Positions 1 through 10,291 are shown, counted from the stretch's first letter. The stretch is DNA of 56,031 bases from Candidatus Magasanikiibacteriota bacterium (GCA_018650085.1 JABIGQ010000039.1:1-56031), one strand, 5' to 3'. Numbers and translations: made by a program. Notes: a model not told the origin generated them from the letters alone.

Positions 1-384
1 AGTGATTTCATGCCCCGCTCTGTCTGTGGCAATGACTTTTATATCTTTATGTCGTTTTACTTTTCCATATGTCTTTGGTACAGAGAGACAGCCTTCTGTA
101 TCCCATGCTTTTTTTCTACTAATAGGCTCCCAACGTGGATTTATAAGCGCTATATTTTCTTGTGGGAGTTTATGTTTTTTAAAAGCGTCTTTCCCCATGA
201 CAAATAAACGTATGTTTTCTCCAACTTGAGGTGCTGCTAGCCCAATCCCGTCATCGGAGTACATAGTGTCTATCATATTATCTATGAGTTTTTGTGTTTT
301 TTCTTTTAATAATTCAATAGAAGGGATCTTTTCTGATACTTCTATAAGAATATTGTTTGGATGTGTAATAATAGGTAAAATCAT
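1..384 (-). CDS. def: peptide deformylase, first 128 codons (3' end runs off the window)
   Basis: Absent from the ORF track because it is truncated. My translation of the minus strand from ATG at 384..382 gives MILPIITHPNNILIEVSEK...DDGIGLAAPQVGENIRLFVM...TEGCLSVPKTYGKV. These are the GIGLAAPQ and EGCLSxP deformylase motifs. Track ORFs 2..229 and 10..207 (+) are antisense shadows. Confidence 0.85.
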   Translation of the reverse strand, partial: MILPIITHPNNILIEVSEKIPSIELLKEKTQKLIDNMIDTMYSDDGIGLAAPQVGENIRLFVMGKDAFKKHKLPQENIALINPRWEPISRKKAWDTEGCLSVPKTYGKVKRHKDIKVIATDRAGHEIT

Positions 385-509
385 ATAAGCATATTATAGC
401 AGAGTGTAGGTAATTTTTCAAGAGAATCTTGCTTGTTTTTATGCAGTGAATGGTGTATGCTAATTTATAGATATAAGATGTAACTTTATTCAATGTAAAC
501 AATAGATTT

Positions 510-1373
510 ATGTTATTTAATTTTAAAAGTTCAACAAAACTTGGCGTTGAAAAATTCTTTTTACATTCAATTGTATTTTATTTAGGAATATTATCTCCTG
601 GGATAGCTTTTTTGTTTATGGGATTGGGGGTTCCTGCATATCAGGAAGATGCTATTTTTGGTGTATATTCTTTTTTAATAAGGACTTATTATGTTTTTGC
701 CCCTATAATTTTTATGGCGACATTAAGTTTTTTTATTATATTTGTATTAAATAAAACTAAAAGGATTTATAAGTGGCAAGTAATAAGTCTTTGGGCTGGT
801 TTTTTTGCAGCTATATTTGGGTTAATATCTGGTTTTTTGTGGCAAGGTACAGGAATGATATCTTATTTAATATTTTTTTGGACTCCAGTGGGGGCTCCTT
901 GGATAACCCCAGTTATTTATTGGCTCGCTGCAAGAAAGGCTCAAAAAATGTATGCTAATAAAAATGATAAATCTGTAATTTATGGTGCTTTGATAAATAT
1001 TCCTTTTGTATACGCTGCTATGATCTGGGCACATAAAATACAAGAGAACACGCCACATTTAGCAGGAGACAGATGTTTTGTAGTAACAGCTACACAAGAT
1101 GTGCCTTCTATATTTGCAGATAAGATAATGTTAAATGGTAATTATGTAACCAAACAATTATTAATAATAAAAGGTGGAGAATTTTTTATAGAAAGAAATT
1201 TTCCTTATGTGCATGTTTTATTTAGAAAAGTATATAATAAGATTGGGCCAACTATAGCTAATGCTATTGAAAAATCAACAGTTTTGGTTATTATAGTATA
1301 TTTTTTATTAAAACCAATAGAATACTTATTTTATTTTTTGTTAAAGCAAAGTAAAAAAACTGAAAACTCGTGA
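510..1373 (+). CDS. multi-pass membrane protein of unknown function
   Basis: 287-aa ORF. The N-terminal ~170 aa hold several hydrophobic helices, followed by a soluble C-terminal part. No family recognised. Confidence 0.5.
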   Translation: MLFNFKSSTKLGVEKFFLHSIVFYLGILSPGIAFLFMGLGVPAYQEDAIFGVYSFLIRTYYVFAPIIFMATLSFFIIFVLNKTKRIYKWQVISLWAGFFAAIFGLISGFLWQGTGMISYLIFFWTPVGAPWITPVIYWLAARKAQKMYANKNDKSVIYGALINIPFVYAAMIWAHKIQENTPHLAGDRCFVVTATQDVPSIFADKIMLNGNYVTKQLLIIKGGEFFIERNFPYVHVLFRKVYNKIGPTIANAIEKSTVLVIIVYFLLKPIEYLFYFLLKQSKKTENS

Positions 1374-1507
1374 TATTTTGTATAAGCACTATAAATGCTT
1401 TAGGTAGTGTATATACGTTTAATAAATAAAAGATCTATGGGGCGTGATAAGGATAAAAAGGATATAGAATTAATAGAGGAGTATTTAAAAGGATAATTAA
1501 TATTACT

Positions 1508-1828
1508 ATGACATTAGAATTTCTTAGACAATTTCGTTTGTATAACTATGCTATTTTTGATTTTGTAGTATCTTTTTTAGGAATATATTTACTATCTCCT
1601 TTTTTATCAAAAATGTTTTTGAAAATCAGAATTGATATACCAAAGAAAAATTGGCTATTTTTAACATTACCACTGTCTATTATTATTCATATACTTGTAG
1701 GGAATATAACCCCAATGACAAGAGACTTTTTAGATATCCATGGACATTATGTGTTAAAAGTAGTATTATTTGTCTTATTGATTTTAGGGTTAAAGGGTAT
1801 AAAAATAGTAAATAAAAAACTAATATGA
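1508..1828 (+). CDS. small membrane protein, unknown function
   Basis: 106-aa ORF with about 3 hydrophobic segments. Its stop overlaps the next start (ATGA at 1825), which suggests translational coupling. Confidence 0.4.
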   Translation: MTLEFLRQFRLYNYAIFDFVVSFLGIYLLSPFLSKMFLKIRIDIPKKNWLFLTLPLSIIIHILVGNITPMTRDFLDIHGHYVLKVVLFVLLILGLKGIKIVNKKLI

Positions 1829-2184
1829 TAAAACAAATAGGTTTAGTGAAAGAATTTCATAAAAAATTTAATACTCCAGTGTTGGAAAGTCTATCTTTAA
1901 TTCCAGAAGACAGATCTTTAAATAGATATAAATTGATGAAAGATGAGGTTGAAGAATATAAAAAGGGGACGGAAGAAAAAAATATTGAAAATATTGCAAA
2001 AGAATTAGCAGATGTTTTATATACGGTTTATGGAACTATATTAGAACACGGACTTCAAGATAAAATGGAAGCAGTATTTAAAGAAGTGCATGATTCAAAC
2101 ATGAGTAAAGATTATCATGAATACAAGATGATAAAAGGAGATAATTATTTTAAAGCAAATATCAGTAAAACTTTAAAAAACTAA
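1825..2184 (+). CDS. MazG-like all-alpha nucleotide pyrophosphohydrolase
   Basis: 119 aa. It has the pattern ...LMKDEVEEY...IAKELADVLYTVYGT... (E-x2-E ... ELADVLY) typical of small MazG/HisE-like NTP-PPases. Confidence 0.6.
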   Translation: MIKQIGLVKEFHKKFNTPVLESLSLIPEDRSLNRYKLMKDEVEEYKKGTEEKNIENIAKELADVLYTVYGTILEHGLQDKMEAVFKEVHDSNMSKDYHEYKMIKGDNYFKANISKTLKN

Positions 2185-2185
2185 T

Positions 2186-3799
2186 ATGATTTCAATCCAA
2201 CAAATACAACTACCAATTACTCACATTACTGCTGATTTAGAAAAAAAGATGGCAGATATTTTAGGAGTGCATGTAAACAGAACAAAAGATTATACTATCA
2301 CAAAGCGTGCAATAGACTCTAGAAAAAAACGAGAGATGATATATTTGGTTTATTCTGTGGATGTAGAGATAGATGATGAAGAAGCAGTATTAAAAAATAG
2401 AGCAGTGATGAAGAATAAAAAACATCATAGGATAGAGATAAAAGAAACGTATGAGTATGAGATTCCAGATATTGATTTGTCACAAGTAGATAAACGACCA
2501 ATAATTATAGGTACGGGGCCAAGTGGACTTTTTACAGCATTATTACTCTCAAAGGCAGGAATGAAGCCACTTGTTATAGAACGAGGAGGAAATGTAGATG
2601 CACGAGTAAAAGACGTGGAAGATTTTCTAGGAGAAGGAGAATTAAATACATCTTCAAACATCCAATTTGGTGAGGGAGGGGCAGGGACGTTTTCCGATGG
2701 AAAATTAAATACACTTATTACCAATCCACGGATTAAATATATTTTTGATGAATTTGTACATGCAGGAGCACCGACAAGTATTTTATGGGATGCAAAGCCT
2801 CATATAGGAACAGATAAAATACGAAAAGTAGCAAAAAACATGAGAAAACAAATTATTGAATTAGGAGGAGAATTTCGTTTCAATACTACACTTACAGATA
2901 TAAAAATCACTGACAATGTAATAACAAGTATTGTGCTTGATGAAGCAGAAGAAATAGAAACAGATACACTTGTTTTAGCTATAGGGTATTCTGCACGTGA
3001 TACCTATAGAATGCTGTATGAAAAAAAGGTAGATCTAGAACAAAAACAATTTTCAATAGGTGTGCGAATAGAACACAAGGCAGAGATGATAAATAAAGCA
3101 CAGTATGCGAAGTTTTATGATAATAAGAAATTAGGAAGTGCGAAATATAAGCTGGTAAGTCATAGTAAGGAGAATAGAAGTGTCTATTCATTTTGTATGT
3201 GCCCTGGAGGCTATGTCATGCCTTCTACAGCGCAGGATGGGTGCTTGGTTACGAACGGTATGAGTGAATACGCACAAGATGGAGAGAACTCAAATGCGGC
3301 ACTCTTGGTCAACGTAGGGAAAGAAGATTTCAAATCAGATCATCCACTAGCGGGTATGCAGTTTCAAGAAAAATGGGAGAAAAAAGCATTTGAATTGGGT
3401 GGATCAAATTATCATGCGCCAGTTCAGCTGGTAGGAGATTTTCTAGAAAATAAAAAAACTGTTAAAATGAAAAGTATTACTCCTACATATAAACCGGGAG
3501 TAACTCCTACGTCATTATCTGAGTGTTTACCAAATTTTGTTGTGGCAAGTATAAAAGAAGCTTTACCACATTTAAATAATAAGATAAAAGGTTTTTCTCA
3601 TCCAGATGCAGTACTTACTGCTATAGAAAGTAGATCATCATCCCCGCTACGTATTACTCGAGATAAAGAAAGCATGCAATCAACAAATATTGCAGGAATC
3701 TATCCAGCGGGTGAAGGGGCAGGCTATGCAGGAGGAATAGTTTCTTCTGCAGTAGATGGATTAAAAGTAGGGGAAGCAATTATTAAAAATTATGTATAA
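2186..3799 (+). CDS. FAD-dependent oxidoreductase (COG2509-type NAD(FAD)-utilising dehydrogenase)
   Basis: 537 aa. Dinucleotide fold IIIGTGPSGLFTALLLSKAG, then FGEGGAGTFSDGKL, and C-terminal YPAGEGAGYAGGI. This is the pattern I associate with COG2509 proteins. Confidence 0.75.
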   Translation: MISIQQIQLPITHITADLEKKMADILGVHVNRTKDYTITKRAIDSRKKREMIYLVYSVDVEIDDEEAVLKNRAVMKNKKHHRIEIKETYEYEIPDIDLSQVDKRPIIIGTGPSGLFTALLLSKAGMKPLVIERGGNVDARVKDVEDFLGEGELNTSSNIQFGEGGAGTFSDGKLNTLITNPRIKYIFDEFVHAGAPTSILWDAKPHIGTDKIRKVAKNMRKQIIELGGEFRFNTTLTDIKITDNVITSIVLDEAEEIETDTLVLAIGYSARDTYRMLYEKKVDLEQKQFSIGVRIEHKAEMINKAQYAKFYDNKKLGSAKYKLVSHSKENRSVYSFCMCPGGYVMPSTAQDGCLVTNGMSEYAQDGENSNAALLVNVGKEDFKSDHPLAGMQFQEKWEKKAFELGGSNYHAPVQLVGDFLENKKTVKMKSITPTYKPGVTPTSLSECLPNFVVASIKEALPHLNNKIKGFSHPDAVLTAIESRSSSPLRITRDKESMQSTNIAGIYPAGEGAGYAGGIVSSAVDGLKVGEAIIKNYV

Positions 3800-3811
3800 T
3801 ATAAAAATCAT

Positions 3812-4069
3812 ATGATGTGGCAAGACATGGTGTTAATGGTAGTAAGTATTGTTTTTTCTGTAGCATTATTTCCTCAAGTATATTATGGATTTAAAGAAAA
3901 AAAAGGAGAGATTAAATATTTTACATCTATTCCTACATTTATAGGATTATATGTTATTTGTGGAGTATATTTTTCGCTAGGTTTGTTTTTCTCAGCAGTA
4001 ATGGCAATAATGACTGGAACACTTTGGTTTATCTTATTTATACAAAGATGGAGATATAATAAATCCTAA
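3812..4069 (+). CDS. 3-TM PQ-loop / SemiSWEET-like membrane protein
   Basis: 85 aa with three hydrophobic helices and an FPQ motif at the end of helix 1 (SVALFPQVYYGFKEKKG). Size and topology match SemiSWEETs. Assignment is tentative. Confidence 0.4.
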   Translation: MMWQDMVLMVVSIVFSVALFPQVYYGFKEKKGEIKYFTSIPTFIGLYVICGVYFSLGLFFSAVMAIMTGTLWFILFIQRWRYNKS

Positions 4070-4073
4070 TTTT

Positions 4074-5012
4074 ATGAAAAAAATAATTGCAATTTACTTT
4101 TCAGATTCGGAGCCAATGGGTTATCCATTTCAAAAATCACAATATCTAGAACGGTATCAGGAAATAATGATAGATTTAGAAGATAATGATATAGATGTAT
4201 ATATTGTGCGTGGAGATAGCTATATCTTAGATGGGAAATTTAAAAAAGGGTGGAGATTTGTAAATGGAATATTAGAAGAATCAGATGGAGAAATTCAAGC
4301 AGATTTAATTTTTAATCGTGATCATTTAAATACAATTCCACGTATTACAGATTGTCAAATTATTAATCAAGTAGAATTTGATGAATTGTGTATTGATAAG
4401 ATAAAAACACATGAAGCATTCCCAGATATTTCTCCTAAAACAGGATACATCCATTCATACCAAGCATTTATAGAGCAAATACAAGAGTGGGGGATGGAAG
4501 CAGATGATATAATAGTGTTAAAAAAGAATTTTTTATTAGAAGGACGAGGTGTATTTATTCTTCCAATTAAAGAAGTTACAAAAGATTTATATAAAGATTG
4601 GGATGATATATTAATTCAAGAATTTTTAGATAGTTCTGCTGGAATTCCTGGAATTGTAGAAGGAATTCACGATTTACGTGTGACAGTTGTAAATGGTAAA
4701 GCAATAAACTCATTTGTGCGTACACCAAAAGAGGGGAGCTATGTAGCAAATATTGCTAGGGGCGGAAGTGGTATGGCGCTTGAGATTGAAAAAGTCCCAA
4801 GTGAAGTTATTGCATTAATTTCTAAAATAGATAAAAAAATAAATACATATTTCCCAGCTATATATTCTGCAGATTTTATATATTCAGGGAAAGAATATAA
4901 ATTGTTGGAATTAAATTCACGTCCAGGTGTTCAGCATCGTGATTGGTCTAAAACATATAAAAAGTTTCATGATGCATTGATTGATATGCTTGTGGAAGCA
5001 GTAAAAAAATAA
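4074..5012 (+). CDS. ATP-grasp family ligase (RimK-like)
   Basis: 312 aa. ATP-grasp hallmarks VLKKNFLLEGRGVFI, IQEFLDS, and the C-terminal KLLELNSRPG motif. Confidence 0.65.
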   Translation: MKKIIAIYFSDSEPMGYPFQKSQYLERYQEIMIDLEDNDIDVYIVRGDSYILDGKFKKGWRFVNGILEESDGEIQADLIFNRDHLNTIPRITDCQIINQVEFDELCIDKIKTHEAFPDISPKTGYIHSYQAFIEQIQEWGMEADDIIVLKKNFLLEGRGVFILPIKEVTKDLYKDWDDILIQEFLDSSAGIPGIVEGIHDLRVTVVNGKAINSFVRTPKEGSYVANIARGGSGMALEIEKVPSEVIALISKIDKKINTYFPAIYSADFIYSGKEYKLLELNSRPGVQHRDWSKTYKKFHDALIDMLVEAVKK

Positions 5013-6863
5013 TTAAGCTCGCAGTATATTACTAGGAGAAGGATCTATGAGCCAGTCACTGGGTACATACGGGTGAAACCAAGCAGAAAGTTGTTCCCAA
5101 TGTTCTTGTGGCATATGAGCAATAATCGCATACCAATATTGTTTTCTATAATATACAGGATGCAAAGAAAAAGGGCCTTGTAATTTTATAGGCTTTTTTT
5201 GTTTTTCAATAATATCAGAAAGAGTATCATATATACGCTTTGCTTCTTTTTTTGCTACGTCTTCATTTATATGACGATACATGTATCGCACCACATATCC
5301 ATATGGAGGATAGCCAAATTGCTTTCTTGTTTTTAATTCAATATCATAAAAATCTTTTGGGTTTCCAAGTGAAGTAAAGAGAATATGATCTGGATGACGT
5401 GTCTGGATAATATAGTTTGCTGTTTTTTCTTTTAGAAAAATAATATCATGAATAAAATGCCAAATACTTTCTTGTGCTCTATATTCTGGTAAAGCAAGTT
5501 GTCGATCTATGTCTAAACAAACAATAGTACCTGTTTTCTCCCAGTCCACATAGGACATAGCACGTTTTGTTCCAACTATAACATGTGGTGTATCATAATC
5601 AATCTCTGGTGTTTCCTCACCATCTATACGATATACAGGTGTATGTGGTAATAATTTTTTCACAGCTTCTTCTACCAACTGAGTCCCAATTCCACCACGT
5701 AATTTAACCATATTTGAATGACAAGAAGGGCATGTATTTTTTATAGGAGCTTTTGTATGACAATAATGACAATGGAGTGCATTGGTAGTTTGATGATAGA
5801 CCATTGGCAAGCTACACTCTGCACAGGTATGAACAAATCCACAATCTTGGCAGCGAAGAGATGACGCATAACCACGACGATTTAGGAAAAGAAATATATT
5901 CTTTTTTTCATCTATTAATCGTTCTTCTACAGATGGTGCAAATGGTCCATAATTCCCAGTAGCATGTGCTCCTCTCATATCTATAATAGTTGGCAAATCA
6001 GGTACTATGGGTAGTGTAGTGTCTGTATGATGAGCTACCATATCTATACTAGGGGAGTAAGTCATGAGTGTGAGTGTACATTTTTTTTCACGTGCTATAT
6101 ATGTAGCTATGTCTCTGGCATCAAATCGTGGATTTTGATCCCAATGTTTGTGATCTCCACTATGTACTTTATCGATTATTATTGATGTCATATTATAAAA
6201 AGGGAGGAAAATTGCTCCACGAGTTCCTATAATAATATCTACTTCTCCATTTCGTATTTGTATCCAGCGACTAAATTGTTCTTTTGTGGATAATCCACTG
6301 TAATAGGTGATTGTTTTTTCTTGTTGTTTTTTATCTAGAAGATTATATACAATATCAAGTGAAGAAACATCTGGAACTAAAATAAGTGTTTGCCCTTTTT
6401 CTCCAATGGCTTGTTTTACAGCTATTCCACGCTGTTTTTTATCTCCATAAATAGTTTGTTTTTCATGGTGCTTTGTCTTTATTTTCTTATTACATATTTC
6501 AAGTTCCATTTTTCCTAGCTTTCTTTTTTGCATTGGAAGTAATGCCATCTTTGCAATAACACCTATAGAAACACCATACCATGTGCTCCATGTTTGCCAT
6601 GCTTGCATATCTGTAGAAGACACAAGTGGAGTGTCATGTATGATATCTATAATCATTTTTGTATTATGCTGTGGAAGAACCTTTGGGGTATAAGAAGATA
6701 AAACAATCCCAAATATTTGGGATGAACGAAGAGGGATACTTACCAGTTGCCCTGGGGCTATGCGTGATTCTAATTCTTCTGGAACGGTGTAAGTAAGTGA
6801 AGAAATATGTTTTGGGAATCGTTTTATGGGGATAATATCTACAAACATATTAGGGGAGTTCAC
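5013..6863 (-). CDS. priA: primosomal protein N' (PriA-like), ATPase motifs degenerate
   Basis: 616 aa. PriA-specific Cys-rich insertion CQDCGFVHTCAECSLPMVYH...LHCHYCH...CPSCHS. The overall order matches PriA, but Walker A, DExH and motif VI positions are not conserved (see finding). Confidence 0.8.
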   Translation of the reverse strand: MNSPNMFVDIIPIKRFPKHISSLTYTVPEELESRIAPGQLVSIPLRSSQIFGIVLSSYTPKVLPQHNTKMIIDIIHDTPLVSSTDMQAWQTWSTWYGVSIGVIAKMALLPMQKRKLGKMELEICNKKIKTKHHEKQTIYGDKKQRGIAVKQAIGEKGQTLILVPDVSSLDIVYNLLDKKQQEKTITYYSGLSTKEQFSRWIQIRNGEVDIIIGTRGAIFLPFYNMTSIIIDKVHSGDHKHWDQNPRFDARDIATYIAREKKCTLTLMTYSPSIDMVAHHTDTTLPIVPDLPTIIDMRGAHATGNYGPFAPSVEERLIDEKKNIFLFLNRRGYASSLRCQDCGFVHTCAECSLPMVYHQTTNALHCHYCHTKAPIKNTCPSCHSNMVKLRGGIGTQLVEEAVKKLLPHTPVYRIDGEETPEIDYDTPHVIVGTKRAMSYVDWEKTGTIVCLDIDRQLALPEYRAQESIWHFIHDIIFLKEKTANYIIQTRHPDHILFTSLGNPKDFYDIELKTRKQFGYPPYGYVVRYMYRHINEDVAKKEAKRIYDTLSDIIEKQKKPIKLQGPFSLHPVYYRKQYWYAIIAHMPQEHWEQLSAWFHPYVPSDWLIDPSPSNILRA

Positions 6864-7647
6864 AATTACCTACTAAATATCCCACCCCAAAAGGATATTC
6901 ATAAGAGTATCGTTTAAATTGATAATTTATTTCAGATAATATACCAAGTAAAATTAATATAGAACGATATCCACATTCTTGTGCAGCCTCTATCATTTTT
7001 TCATCCATAGTGAGTACCCCTACAGTGTTTTTTGTTTCAAGCATTTGCATAAGTCTTTTATCAAAAAATGCACCTTCTTTATCATGTGGAGCAGGGGAGT
7101 TTTTTGTTAGGCAATGAGATAAATCTCCAGAAGCAATAACTGCAATACGTTCTGGTCTTTCTTGAATAAATGATTGGAGAAATTGCCCAAACTGTAGGTG
7201 AGCTTTTGTGCTTAATTGAGAAAAACCAATAGGAACAATGCGGGTATCTTTCATATGTTCTGTCATGAAAAATAATGGAACACTGCTACCATGATCAAGT
7301 GTTTCATTGGCAATAAAACGAGTAGGAAGCTTTGCTTTGTGGCAGTTTGTAGAAAGTGCTTCTACAAACATAGGTGCTCCGTGCCAATGATGTGTTGTAG
7401 ATAAATCACCAAATTGTTCATATGTGGCAGTATATTTAGACGCAGCATTTATGCTAAATGTATCTTCAAATACTCCTTGGTGAGGAGAAATCATGATAAT
7501 AATATCTGGTTTTGCAATATAAAGATCACGTGCTAATTGTTCTAGCCCATCTAGTGTTTTTTCCAATGAGTCTTCTGCTTTTTCTTTTCCTATAGAAGGT
7601 AATAATATAGGAGCATGTGGAGTAATTCCTGCAAATACTAATGGCAT
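6850..7647 (-). CDS. class III extradiol dioxygenase-like (LigB/DODA family) protein
   Basis: 265 aa. N-terminus FAGITPHAPILLP, then ISPHQG, DHGSSVPLFF and IASGDLSH. This pattern is characteristic of LigB-fold proteins. It overlaps priA by 14 nt. Confidence 0.55.
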   Translation of the reverse strand: MPLVFAGITPHAPILLPSIGKEKAEDSLEKTLDGLEQLARDLYIAKPDIIIMISPHQGVFEDTFSINAASKYTATYEQFGDLSTTHHWHGAPMFVEALSTNCHKAKLPTRFIANETLDHGSSVPLFFMTEHMKDTRIVPIGFSQLSTKAHLQFGQFLQSFIQERPERIAVIASGDLSHCLTKNSPAPHDKEGAFFDKRLMQMLETKNTVGVLTMDEKMIEAAQECGYRSILILLGILSEINYQFKRYSYEYPFGVGYLVGNCELP

Positions 7648-7650
7648 ATA

Positions 7651-9918
7651 TTAAAATGTTTTTATAGCCCAGCGAGTCAATGTATCTGGGTGTTCAAATC
7701 GTGTCCGGATATCTGGATTTCCAAGTGTAATAATAATAAATTCTTTTCCATCACTTTTTCGTTTTACTTTCATTGCTAGATTTGCTCCAGATTCTGGCAG
7801 ATATCCAGTTTTGCTTCCTATTATTTCATATGGGAGATTTTTTTCTTCCAGAAGTTCATTTGAATGATAATCATAATGTTGTGGTTTTCCATCTAGATCA
7901 TGTGCTTCTGTATACTTATAATATTTTTTCCCTAAGTATGATTTGATAGTCATTTGTTTCATAGCAATATCAAAAAGAGCAACATAATCTCTTGCAGTTC
8001 CTACAGTATGTTCTGATTCACCAGTGACATCTTTAAATGTTGTTTTATTCATTCCCAGTGTTTCTGCACGGGTATTCATAGAGGTGATAAATATAGATTC
8101 ATCTTTTTCTACCGCATCTACAATAATACGAATAGGAGTATTGAGTGAAGAAACTAATCCTGCATCTAGAAGATCTCTATACATTATTTTTTCTCCCTTT
8201 ACTATACGAAAATAATGATATGTTGCTTTATGATTAGCCGGATCATATGTTCCTGCTGTATTTACGCGAAGTCCTGAATACACTGCTTCATATGTGCTCA
8301 TTACTTTTGTCAGAGATGCCAATGGACGAATAACATCTGCATTTTTACTTGCAAGCATTTTCTTTGCTTTCACGTCATATATTGCATATGCATCTACAGG
8401 AGTATCAAAGGTTGGGCCTGTTGTGATTGTTTTTTCTTTTGGGGTGACTTGCATCTCTGTATCTTCTTCAATGATGGTTTCTGTGGTAGATTTATGTACA
8501 TCTCCTACAATGATTGGTTCTTTTTCTATTGTTATGGGACGTTGGAGATAAAGTGCTTGTCCTGTTTGATGAATTGAACCAGTAAAAAAATCAGTCTTTA
8601 CAATTTGATCCCAACTATACCCAAGTCCGTTGAATACTTCTTCTGTTGCAATATGGCGTTTTTTCCCATGTTCTATAACATATACGGAATTATATCCGTT
8701 TATCAAGATAAGCGTTCCATCTTTAAATGGAAGAGGATTTTTTACAGTTACAGAGCCAAGTGAAGATAGCGTATCAGTATCTATAGTTAAATGTGGAAAA
8801 TTAATTTTTGCTATCTGTTCATCAGTGAGTGGAAAAAGATTCTTTTCTTTTTGATAATAAATAACACCGTCTTCTTTTGCGCGAAAGAGTCTGCCCATAG
8901 GGGATGCACTGTCTGCTTTTATCGTATCTCCAATAGTATATTTTTTTAATTCAGTACTAGTAATTTCTACTGTCTCATCTGGATGATAGCCAAGTTGTTT
9001 TACTGTTTGGGAATTCGCAAATGGACGAAGAGTATCATAATCTAATAGATAATATTTTGTTCCTTGTTTTACAATAGAATAATTTGGGAGTGTTATATCT
9101 TTTTCTGCATCATAACGAGAAAGTTCTGAAGATGGGACAGTAAGTATTTTCTTTGGGTCAAATCTAGTGACAAGTGCAGTAAATGAAGTAAATGCTCGTT
9201 TTTTTCCATTATCAATAAGATATATTATATCATCTCCAACTGCCTGGAGAAGAGATCCATCTGGATATGCATGATTTGCAAACCAATCTTGCCAGAGTAA
9301 CCAGAAATTTTTATTTCCATGTAAATGTGGTGTATACGTATAGAGGAATGCAGTAGCATTGTTTTCTGGAGTAATATTTTCTCCATCTATATTATATGTA
9401 TGATTTGCTTGTTTGATCCAAGATTCTTTTTTTACATTATCATAATACCAGCGAATGACTCCTGCTGCTTTATCTACTTGTTTCCCAAATCCTTTATTAT
9501 TTAAATACATATCACAACTCCAACCACATCCATCTGTAATACCATATCCAGCAGCTCCGTTTAATTGATTATCTGAAGGAGTTTTATCTGTGATAAGGCT
9601 TTGTTCTTTTTGGAGTTTTACGAGTAAATATTTTGGATTAATAGTATGTTCTTGGCTTGCGCGATAAATAATATCTGAGGCAAAACGACGAGTTCCTTCC
9701 CAGTCAGCTGTTTTATAAGTAGAAAGATAACTGTTGTAATTATTTAAAAATGCATCAATATCTGCACGATTCATGCTGGTAGATTCCTGTATTTCAGCAT
9801 CTGAGATAATATGGTTAGGATTAAAATCATCAGAAGATACTGCAAATACTGTTGGAGAAATCAACAGTGAAAGGAGAAGAAACATTATGGTTGAGACGTG
9901 TAATTTTTTTATATTCAT
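7651..9918 (-). CDS. secreted protein with C-terminal D-alanyl-D-alanine carboxypeptidase (S11, PBP5-like) domain
   Basis: 755 aa with a signal peptide MNIKKLHVSTIMFLLLSLLISPTVFA. The C-terminal third carries SxxK (ASLTKVMS), SxN (HSNEL) and KTG (SKTGYL). The large N-terminal region is unassigned. Confidence 0.7.
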   Translation of the reverse strand: MNIKKLHVSTIMFLLLSLLISPTVFAVSSDDFNPNHIISDAEIQESTSMNRADIDAFLNNYNSYLSTYKTADWEGTRRFASDIIYRASQEHTINPKYLLVKLQKEQSLITDKTPSDNQLNGAAGYGITDGCGWSCDMYLNNKGFGKQVDKAAGVIRWYYDNVKKESWIKQANHTYNIDGENITPENNATAFLYTYTPHLHGNKNFWLLWQDWFANHAYPDGSLLQAVGDDIIYLIDNGKKRAFTSFTALVTRFDPKKILTVPSSELSRYDAEKDITLPNYSIVKQGTKYYLLDYDTLRPFANSQTVKQLGYHPDETVEITSTELKKYTIGDTIKADSASPMGRLFRAKEDGVIYYQKEKNLFPLTDEQIAKINFPHLTIDTDTLSSLGSVTVKNPLPFKDGTLILINGYNSVYVIEHGKKRHIATEEVFNGLGYSWDQIVKTDFFTGSIHQTGQALYLQRPITIEKEPIIVGDVHKSTTETIIEEDTEMQVTPKEKTITTGPTFDTPVDAYAIYDVKAKKMLASKNADVIRPLASLTKVMSTYEAVYSGLRVNTAGTYDPANHKATYHYFRIVKGEKIMYRDLLDAGLVSSLNTPIRIIVDAVEKDESIFITSMNTRAETLGMNKTTFKDVTGESEHTVGTARDYVALFDIAMKQMTIKSYLGKKYYKYTEAHDLDGKPQHYDYHSNELLEEKNLPYEIIGSKTGYLPESGANLAMKVKRKSDGKEFIIITLGNPDIRTRFEHPDTLTRWAIKTF

Positions 9919-10013
9919 AGTACCTAACAGTATAGCATAATATCATGGTGTAAGCAATTGCGTTTTTAGTATAATTTTGGTATACTTTTAATGTTATTTT
10001 TATCTATATTTAT

Positions 10014-10289
10014 ATGAAAAAAGAGTCGAGGCCAACAGGAGCGCCTAAAGCGCACAGAAATATTGGGAAAGAAGGTTTTGAAGGGATGTTTGATGATATA
10101 GGTGGAGATAATGAAAGTCTTTTTGGTGAAGAACCGGCTATGGTACCTATTGAAGGGGATATTCAACTAGATGAAAATTTAAGTCCAGAAAATTCAGGAA
10201 AGTTAGATGATGCATTAGAAAATTTGGAAAATATAACAGAAGAACCTCCAGCAGAAAAACCTGTAGAAGATAGTGAAGAAAAAGAATAA
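10014..10289 (+). CDS. small acidic protein, unknown function
   Basis: 91-aa ORF, very Asp/Glu rich. It lies in an otherwise empty interval and abuts rsmI. Confidence 0.35.
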   Translation: MKKESRPTGAPKAHRNIGKEGFEGMFDDIGGDNESLFGEEPAMVPIEGDIQLDENLSPENSGKLDDALENLENITEEPPAEKPVEDSEEKE

Positions 10290-10291
10290 TT

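Noticed and set aside
2-229. Two overlapping + strand ORFs (2..229 and 10..207).
   Set aside because: They are antisense to a clear peptide deformylase reading frame, and their translations are hydrophobic and low-complexity.
1371-1373. Possibility of an alternative genetic code (UGA recoding, as in some CPR-related lineages).
   Set aside because: TGA terminates ORFs at sensible positions (for example here), and all long conserved genes are intact under the standard code.
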